Assembly (NCBI GenBank): GCA_963674595.2
Contig: CAXXFV010000016.1
Span: 576,001 to 640,000 of the forward strand
DNA from: a bacterium
GTDB taxonomy: Bacteria > Zhuqueibacterota > Zhuqueibacteria > Residuimicrobiales > Krinioviventaceae
Direction: 5' to 3'
Length of the DNA: 64,000 bases
Position 1 is the first letter of the stretch; the number at the start of each line of letters is the position of its first letter. Shown piece after piece: positions 57,087-64,000 of this stretch. The notes beneath the pieces are model-generated. The model was not told the DNA's origin. It made no database searches and saw nothing but the letters and a program-made list of their open reading frames with translations. A program made the position numbers and the translations under genes.

Positions 57087-58403
57087 ATGACTAGCTCTTC
57101 AATCAGGCCGGCACTGAAATGGAATGTTTTAGGATTGTTAGTACTTTGTTTAACTTTCTTTCTGTTCTCTGCTTGTACAAAAGAGTCTGATGATATTCCG
57201 ACGACAGCTGAGAGTGTAAGTTCATTGCTTAATGAAGGATGGGATGCTTTTCAGCAGGGTGATTATTCTCTGGCCATCTCAAAATTTGAGGAAACAATTA
57301 AAAGAAATGTCGATCCCCAATTATCAATCGATGCTTACAGAGGATTGGGTTGGACGTACAGCCGACTTGAAAATTATACACAGGCCATTACCAATTTTAA
57401 TTTTGTGATTAGCTTGGAAGCGGTTCGATCCGGAAAAAGGCCTGTAAAAACGATGGAAAAAGTAGAGGCCCATGCCGTTGCTGATACAAGCGCACCCGGT
57501 ATTAATGGTAATTGGCAACTTTCGACTGATGAAATTATTATCTCGCTCGATAAAATTGAAAGTTACGATGCTAGAAATGAACATAATTTGGGTGCTGCTC
57601 CTGCTTATTTAATTGCAGCGGGTACTCGTTCGGTTAATTTACCAAAAACTGAAATTAGTAACAGCCAGGGAACTGACATTGGATCAGCTTTGGATAACTC
57701 TATAACATTTGAGCCTGACAGTTTTTCTATCCCTGTTGCTACGCCTGAAGAAGTTACATCTTATGAAAAGTTTTATATTGATACCCAAAAAGGAATAATT
57801 GAAATTTTCCCAAGAATTAATGATCTTGAATTTATAAATGCAACATATACATACCATGAAAAAGGTTATCAGATAGATCGTACTGATATGCAATTTATCG
57901 TTTTGGATGATTCGTTGGAGAATTTGTCGAAAACACCGGCAGACGAGACCGGTGACCTTTATTATGCAAACGGCAAGTTTTATAATAAATATAGCCCTGA
58001 AGATGAAACTTCAGGAGGAACTTACCTGCAATGTGATGCCTATGCCGGAATGGCCTCTTCTTATTTAGCCCAGGGAGATTATGCATCGGCTATTGCTTCT
58101 GCTCGCTCAGTGTTGTATATCAATCAGGATTTAAAAGTTTTAGATGCTGAAAATTATCCATATCAACGCACTTTATACGATGGTGACAACTCTTATAATA
58201 TGTGGGATGTCTATAAATTGTTGGCGATGGCTTACTATAACAGTAAAGATTATTTAGGCGCTGAAAAATGTTTGGAAATTTTTCTATCATTTGGTGATGT
58301 TTGTGATAATGCATCGTCCGATTTTTATATGACTATATTAACTAAAATATCTACAACACCACAAGATGAACCAACTGGTTGGACAAGTACGGATTTATGG
58401 TAA
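57087..58403 (+). CDS. TPR-containing lipoprotein
   Basis: AAGGAGG SD before ATG 57087; lipobox FSAC; TPR-like helices EGWDAFQQGDYSLA, DAYRGLGW, DAYAGMASSY, LLAMAYY. Confidence 0.8.
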   Translation: MTSSSIRPALKWNVLGLLVLCLTFFLFSACTKESDDIPTTAESVSSLLNEGWDAFQQGDYSLAISKFEETIKRNVDPQLSIDAYRGLGWTYSRLENYTQAITNFNFVISLEAVRSGKRPVKTMEKVEAHAVADTSAPGINGNWQLSTDEIIISLDKIESYDARNEHNLGAAPAYLIAAGTRSVNLPKTEISNSQGTDIGSALDNSITFEPDSFSIPVATPEEVTSYEKFYIDTQKGIIEIFPRINDLEFINATYTYHEKGYQIDRTDMQFIVLDDSLENLSKTPADETGDLYYANGKFYNKYSPEDETSGGTYLQCDAYAGMASSYLAQGDYASAIASARSVLYINQDLKVLDAENYPYQRTLYDGDNSYNMWDVYKLLAMAYYNSKDYLGAEKCLEIFLSFGDVCDNASSDFYMTILTKISTTPQDEPTGWTSTDLW

Positions 58404-58419
58404 TATTTAAATATTCTTG

Positions 58420-58447
58420 TTGACTTTTTTTAATTTTGCTTTATATT
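58420..58447 (+). promoter_or_regulatory. sigma-70-type promoter candidate
   Basis: TTGACT, 16-nt spacer, TATATT. Confidence 0.5.
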
Positions 58448-58608
58448 GATTAAATACGAATGTTCTTTGTTTAAAATTTTTAAACGGAATGAAGGAGGTG
58501 ATATTAAAGCTAATAGCAAATGCAGTTACTATTTATGTTAAATCGAGGGTCCTCAAACAAAGGCCTGTAAATCATTACTTCTGTTCCTCATTTTAGCAGG
58601 AGGCATTT

Positions 58609-61365
58609 ATGAGCATCAAAAAAAGTTTTCTTTTATTATTTTTAATTTTTGCATTGGTAGTTTCAATTACAACCGTGCAAGCAGAGCAAACAGTACTTAA
58701 TCGATATGAATTAGGTAAATACGAATCAAATGGTCTCGACTATACCAAACCAGGTGGTATTGTTATCGGACCTGCCATGCCAAGAGCTTTCTTTTACGGC
58801 GGCCGTCATTCTGCTCGAACATCTGATGGCATATTACACGTATCCTGGGAAAATCCAACATACGATTTTCCATTTTATGCCCATTCACTCGATGCCCTTG
58901 GTTTGGCATGGACTGAACCAATGAACATCCCCGCAACTGCTGGTTTTGATAATCTTGACCGTTGTTTGATGGCAAAATTGTCAGTAGACCCGACAAATGA
59001 TGATATTTATTTGTTACCGGCCCCACGTGTTGTTGGTGGTGTTTGGAGAACACAACTGACTCGTTCAACTGATGGTGGCGATACATGGTGCCCTTTTATG
59101 GACTTGGGTAATAAAATTGGTGTCCCGGTTGCTGAAGTTTCCTGGGCAACAATGGCACTTGGAACTGACCGTGTTTTGCATATAACTTATGCAAGAAATA
59201 ACCAGGACATGTTCTATACTAGAACTGATCTTTCTGCTGCAGACGGCCAAGCCGATCTTTCCAATTTGGTTTTTACAAAAGCAAATGGCGATCCAGGTCA
59301 GGAAGCTATTAGTTTTGTACCAAGTGGTGTTGTTTTTCAGGGTACAATAGTACTTGATAGAAATAATGATCCTCATATTATTTTCTCAGGTGACGGTGGA
59401 TCCGATACATTTGGTGATAAAACACCTTACCATATCTATTACAAGACTGCCGCTGCTGCATGGGGCCCCATTCCTCCAACACGTCTGCAAGCTGAGTTGG
59501 AAGAGTGCTGGGGTATGCCTGAAATGGTTTTTGATCAAAACAATCGCGGCTTTTATTTCATGGATAATTCTCCTGGTGATTTTGATTTCGGTACATGGGA
59601 ACCACCAGTTGACCCAAATAGTGCAACCGATTTTGGAACTTTAAATAATGGTTTGGGCTTTGAAGGTGCTGTTAGCTTGAACGTCGAAACTTTTCCAAGC
59701 ATCGTAGTTACAGATGACGATGATTTAATGCTGCCAAATGCCGATATTGATGATGAAAATGATGTTTTATATCTTGTCGGTAACACAAACAGTTACGCTA
59801 ATACCATGGGTTCTGGTGGTGATATCGTTGTTTTAAAAATTGACAACGTATCTACCTTAACCGGAACAGATCCGATTAATATGCCGTGGGAATTACATCG
59901 CTGGATTACACGTGATGGGATTTCTCCTCTGGGTGATGTTGGTGCCGATGTTGTTTACGATCCTGCATCAACAACTTTGGATATTTTCTGGTCAGGTGCC
60001 GGTGCAGGCGACAATAATGCACAGTATTTTGACGGAACATCCATTCAGCCAAATGTTGATGCCAAACCTCAAATTCTTGATATTGGTATTGATAATGTTG
60101 AACCAAAACCTTTCCATAAAGGTGATGAGATTGTAATTAAAGGTGTTGTTAAAAACAATGGTAAAAATGCTTTAGGACCTGTACCTGTTACTGTTGATGT
60201 CCTCGATTCCAATAATAATGTATTGTGGACAAAATCAATGAGCACACCTCCACTGCTTAAAGATCAGGTTACAAGTGAAATGATCTTTGGTTCATGGGTT
60301 GTTGAAGGTGAAAAACAAGACTATAGCGTAGTCATTTCCACAAATTATGCTGGTGATGAAGCCACATATAATGACGTTGTTGGTGCTGGTTTTTATGCCT
60401 ATCCTGATCCCGATGATGCAATCGCTTCTCAGGATTTCCAGGATTATTTAAATATTGATGCTGATGGCGACCATGTAGGCTTTGAATTTCCAACATGGAC
60501 ACCAAAACAAACGATTAACCAGGACCTGGATATCGGTGGCTGGACTGTTGTCGATAGCTCAGACGGCGAAGAATTTGATTATTATAACGGCTGGTTGTTA
60601 TCCGACGATGATGTTGCTAATGAAATAGGCGCCTATTTACGTCATATGAATGGTACACGTAATGACACCACCTTTGGTGACATGCCGACTGGTACACCTC
60701 CTCAACCACAAAATGAACTGCTTTTCAGCCCGGTATGGGATATTCCTGCCGGCGACAACAATTTGTTTATCGAGTTTACCACAAATATCGGTGGAACAGA
60801 TGGCGAGGAAAACTATCCGATTTATGCCAGTGTCGATATGACTGTAGACGGCGGAGCAACATGGCTTCCTGTTGTTTCCTGGATGAAAGAAAATCCTGGT
60901 CCGGCAGATTATATCGATTTAGATAAAGCCTTCTATTCTTATGACATTACTGCTGAGGCAGGTGCTGCTGCTAATGTTCAATTCAGATACTGGTGGAAAA
61001 ACCCCAACAACGAAGGTAGCTTTGCTACATGGTTTGTTGACAATGTTTACCTTATCCGAAGAGATGCAGGTACTGCTGTTGGACAAGAAGTTGTTGTAGC
61101 CAATCAATTCAATTTGTCCCAAAATTATCCTAATCCTTTTAACCCCGCTACTGAAATTTCCTTTACAGTAGAACAAACCGGCAAAGCTGACCTTGTTATC
61201 TTTAATGTAACAGGTCAGGAAGTTGCTCGCTTGGTACATGGTATTGTTACGGCTGGAACACACAAAGTCCGTTTTGATGCATCACATTTGCCAACAGGTG
61301 TTTATTTCTACAAACTGACTACCGAGAATAAAGTCGATGTCAAGAAAATGGCATTAATTAAATAA
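58609..61365 (+). CDS. Secreted BNR-type propeller + CARDB-like + adhesin-like beta-sandwich protein with T9SS type A-like CTD
   Basis: Signal peptide; RSTDGGDTW; LHVSW/LHITY/PHIIF blades; VKNNG..NDVV; LFSPVWD..VQFRY..WFVDNV; LSQNYPNPFNP..GVYFYKL. Confidence 0.82.
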   Translation: MSIKKSFLLLFLIFALVVSITTVQAEQTVLNRYELGKYESNGLDYTKPGGIVIGPAMPRAFFYGGRHSARTSDGILHVSWENPTYDFPFYAHSLDALGLAWTEPMNIPATAGFDNLDRCLMAKLSVDPTNDDIYLLPAPRVVGGVWRTQLTRSTDGGDTWCPFMDLGNKIGVPVAEVSWATMALGTDRVLHITYARNNQDMFYTRTDLSAADGQADLSNLVFTKANGDPGQEAISFVPSGVVFQGTIVLDRNNDPHIIFSGDGGSDTFGDKTPYHIYYKTAAAAWGPIPPTRLQAELEECWGMPEMVFDQNNRGFYFMDNSPGDFDFGTWEPPVDPNSATDFGTLNNGLGFEGAVSLNVETFPSIVVTDDDDLMLPNADIDDENDVLYLVGNTNSYANTMGSGGDIVVLKIDNVSTLTGTDPINMPWELHRWITRDGISPLGDVGADVVYDPASTTLDIFWSGAGAGDNNAQYFDGTSIQPNVDAKPQILDIGIDNVEPKPFHKGDEIVIKGVVKNNGKNALGPVPVTVDVLDSNNNVLWTKSMSTPPLLKDQVTSEMIFGSWVVEGEKQDYSVVISTNYAGDEATYNDVVGAGFYAYPDPDDAIASQDFQDYLNIDADGDHVGFEFPTWTPKQTINQDLDIGGWTVVDSSDGEEFDYYNGWLLSDDDVANEIGAYLRHMNGTRNDTTFGDMPTGTPPQPQNELLFSPVWDIPAGDNNLFIEFTTNIGGTDGEENYPIYASVDMTVDGGATWLPVVSWMKENPGPADYIDLDKAFYSYDITAEAGAAANVQFRYWWKNPNNEGSFATWFVDNVYLIRRDAGTAVGQEVVVANQFNLSQNYPNPFNPATEISFTVEQTGKADLVIFNVTGQEVARLVHGIVTAGTHKVRFDASHLPTGVYFYKLTTENKVDVKKMALIK

Positions 61366-61373
61366 TGTTTTTT

Positions 61374-61406
61374 GAGCGGTGCAATTTTTTGCTGCACCGC
61401 TCTTTT
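61374..61406 (+). terminator. Hairpin / intrinsic terminator between the two secreted-protein genes
   Basis: GAGCGGTGCA (61374-61383) / TGCACCGCTC (61393-61402) perfect 10-bp stem followed by TTTT. Confidence 0.75.
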
Positions 61407-61455
61407 CTCTCCTTTTTTAATAAACTGAAAAAATTGTATTCTTAAGGAGAACAAT

Positions 61456-64000
61456 ATGACAAAAAATAAACTAGTTGTGTTGCTATTAACTGTATTGCTA
61501 GTATTTAGTTTTACATCGGTTACTTTAGCAAAAAAAGTTACCGAAACAAAAGCTAAAGTTTCTACAATATCTAAAGATGTAAACATTACTTCTGCAGCAG
61601 ATCGTGCGTCTGCAAAAGTTTCTTTTGCAAAACAAAGAGGTCTTACCAGACAACAGGTTATCAACAACTCTTCAAAAAGAATTTCCTTATTGTCGCAAAA
61701 GGAAATGACACCAATTATTGCTGATGATGTTCCTGGTGCCGGAGATATTAATCCTCTTATTTCCAATTATTTTAATTCACAGGCTGAATTTGATGAATTT
61801 ATGAATCTAGACGTGAGCGTTCCAGGCTACGGTAGTGACTGGTTTTGGTTTGAAGGATCATTGTATGGCTGGGACAATTCAGCTTTTGCACCGGAGCCGG
61901 GCGGTGACCTTGGCGGTGTTGTCGGTCCAAAAGATGAAGCATTAACAAAAATTGTGGGTGTTCCTAGAGTAAGTGAAGATGGCCTTGATTATAAAGTTAT
62001 GAAACTTGACCTTGATATGTATCTTGCTGAACCCGATCCGGATGATTTACTCGCTGTTGAAACCAACCTTATGGAAGATCCTCGTTGGGCAATTGTCGAT
62101 GGTCAGTGGGCACTGACAAGTAACGAATTTTCCGTACCTGGATATGGTAATGGTTGGCGGGAAGACCTTTTGTCTCCGTTTATTGATCTGACAGGAGCAA
62201 CCGGTCCCGTTACTTTAACATTTGACCAAACCTATGGAATGGAAAGTGGCGAATGGGATGGTGGTAATGTTTGGGTACGTACCGCCGAAAATTCACCCTG
62301 GGAACTTGTTGTGCCTGATGGTGGATACGATTTTGATGACTTGGCCGCATGGGGCTATAATGATCCCTATGTTACTGACGCTATACCCGGTTTTGCCGGT
62401 GAAGTCACAGTTCCCGTAACTGTCACTTTTGATTTGAGCGCTTATGTTGGTGGACAGGTTCAGATTCGTTGGGCTTTTGCCAGTGATGGTGCTTATAGTG
62501 CTGAAGATGGCGATGCTGCAGAAACACTGGGTTGGTTTATTGATAATATCGATGTGTCTGACGCTGGTGGTTCCTTATATGCCAATGCCGGTGTGGAAGA
62601 TGGTATGGTTGCTGTCCCTGGATTGCCCTGGCGTGTTCAGGCAATTTATTCTGAATACGGAGCTGATTTGGTTGCTTCATCACTAGACCTAACCGCTGTC
62701 TTTGATAATCTAAAAGGAGACAGCCTTGGTATTCGTTTTCGAGCTATTTATGATGATAATGATGAAGGCACCAGTCCTGATCCTAACTGGGGTTTCGAAA
62801 TCTACAATGCCGATTTAACTGTATATACAATGTTTGCCTACGATATTGGTGTTAGCTTTGTCGATTTTGATTCTACTTTTACAAAAGGTGAAGGTATTGC
62901 TGTTGGTCAAACTTATGACCCTCAGGTCGTTGTATCAAATTTTGGTTTATTCCCTTATACCATTTATAATACTTGGGTCAAGATAGTAAACTCGTTTGGT
63001 GATGTAGAGTACGAACGTTATATCTACACCTATGCTCCCGGACAGGGTGATACATTAAAAGCATTCCCGGATTTTCAGGAATTTAATAACAGCCAGGCTT
63101 TTTATAACTTTCCTGACTGGACACCACAGAACGAAGGTGATTATCAGTTAATCGCTTATACGGATATTTTCGGTGGTGATGAGGAATTTCGTAACGATTC
63201 ACTTGTTGTTAATTTTCATGCTTTTTCAAACAAACCGGCACTGGTTGAAAACTTTAACGATATGACGGATGCCGATCTTGCTGCCGAATGGACAGTTACA
63301 GGTGATCAGTGGCATATTGGTGACATTTTCGATATGGGTGATGTCGAAGCTACCATACTTGCTTGGCCTGCAGCTAATGCCGGTACATCTATGTTGACTT
63401 CACCGATAATGGATTGTTCTAATTCAACAAATACATATCTAATGGTTGAACATTGGTGGCGTGATGCCAGCAACGATCCTGACACCTGGGGTGCCATTAT
63501 GGTTACAAACGATGGCGGTGCCAACTGGGACACACTGAAAGTTATGACATTTGATACACCGAGTTCTGCACGTTATGGATATTTTTATTATGATATTTCA
63601 GAAACGGCAGATAATCAGGCAAATGTTCAGGTTGCTTTTTTATCAAGTTATGGCGCTGGTGCTGCTACATTCTATACAGTTGATGACTTTGCTGTATATA
63701 GTGACCCGGACAGAACGCCGCCGGCAGGTCCGGCCAACTTTACGGCCACTCCTGGTGATATGACCGTTACCTTTAACTGGGACGCAGTTGATGGTGCTTT
63801 GTATTACACTTTATTGGGTGCCGAAGTTGCAGATCTCGATAGTGTTCTGACCGAAGGTCAAATCAGCGAAACGACACTTACAGCAACAGGCTTACCAAAT
63901 GGTGTGACTTTGTATGCCTGGATTACAGCAACAGATTATAACGGCAATGAAAGTGATCCTGTTGGCCCGATCAGTTTTGTATGTGCCGATACAGATGCTC
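61456..64000 (+). CDS. Large secreted multi-domain protein (MAM/cleaved-adhesin-like sandwiches, CARDB-like, FN3), 3'-truncated by the window edge
   Basis: Not in the ORF track. AAGGAG SD then ATG 61456; frame +1 read manually with no stop to the end: MTKNKLVVLLL.., LLSPFIDL..WDGGNV..FDLSAY..IRWAFASDG..GWFIDNI, LTSPIMDCS, DRTPPAGPANFTA..GNES. Confidence 0.85.
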   Translation, partial: MTKNKLVVLLLTVLLVFSFTSVTLAKKVTETKAKVSTISKDVNITSAADRASAKVSFAKQRGLTRQQVINNSSKRISLLSQKEMTPIIADDVPGAGDINPLISNYFNSQAEFDEFMNLDVSVPGYGSDWFWFEGSLYGWDNSAFAPEPGGDLGGVVGPKDEALTKIVGVPRVSEDGLDYKVMKLDLDMYLAEPDPDDLLAVETNLMEDPRWAIVDGQWALTSNEFSVPGYGNGWREDLLSPFIDLTGATGPVTLTFDQTYGMESGEWDGGNVWVRTAENSPWELVVPDGGYDFDDLAAWGYNDPYVTDAIPGFAGEVTVPVTVTFDLSAYVGGQVQIRWAFASDGAYSAEDGDAAETLGWFIDNIDVSDAGGSLYANAGVEDGMVAVPGLPWRVQAIYSEYGADLVASSLDLTAVFDNLKGDSLGIRFRAIYDDNDEGTSPDPNWGFEIYNADLTVYTMFAYDIGVSFVDFDSTFTKGEGIAVGQTYDPQVVVSNFGLFPYTIYNTWVKIVNSFGDVEYERYIYTYAPGQGDTLKAFPDFQEFNNSQAFYNFPDWTPQNEGDYQLIAYTDIFGGDEEFRNDSLVVNFHAFSNKPALVENFNDMTDADLAAEWTVTGDQWHIGDIFDMGDVEATILAWPAANAGTSMLTSPIMDCSNSTNTYLMVEHWWRDASNDPDTWGAIMVTNDGGANWDTLKVMTFDTPSSARYGYFYYDISETADNQANVQVAFLSSYGAGAATFYTVDDFAVYSDPDRTPPAGPANFTATPGDMTVTFNWDAVDGALYYTLLGAEVADLDSVLTEGQISETTLTATGLPNGVTLYAWITATDYNGNESDPVGPISFVCADTDA

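Noticed and set aside
61308-63763. Short ORFs listed in the track in this region
   Set aside because: Antisense or off-frame shadows of the long frame +1 CDS starting at 61456.

Overview
AT-rich bacterial chromosome segment. I infer a non-Bacteroidota member of the FCB group or a neighbour (KSB1/Calditrichota/Ignavibacteria-like), from YPNPFNP/FlgD-type C-terminal sorting domains, a PorV-family gene, TTGACW-N16/17-TATATT promoters and strong Shine-Dalgarno sites. Five blocks: (1) 0.1-13.9 kb, mixed housekeeping and redox genes plus a phosphoesterase-mglB-mglA-roadblock cassette; (2) 14.3-41.8 kb, a Wzx/Wzy-type polysaccharide locus behind a candidate sigma-54 promoter, rich in decorating enzymes (carbamoyltransferase, sulfotransferase, two AlkP-superfamily enzymes, a GT2/GT-C pair), with no NDP-sugar synthesis genes and two large secreted beta-propeller proteins embedded; (3) tRNA-Leu(TAG)-tig-clpP-clpX-engB; (4) 46.2-58.4 kb, a SusD-less TonB-dependent receptor with acidic Ca-binding-like loop repeats, a variant-CTD (VPNPY) protein, a PorV-family barrel, a catalytically degenerate metalloprotease-like cargo with nested insertions and a TPR lipoprotein; (5) 58.6-64 kb, two more large secreted adhesin-like proteins, the last truncated by the window edge. 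The best candidate for an undescribed system is the TBDR + variant-CTD protein + dedicated PorV module with its cargo. All calls come from motif recognition by eye; no database searches were run.
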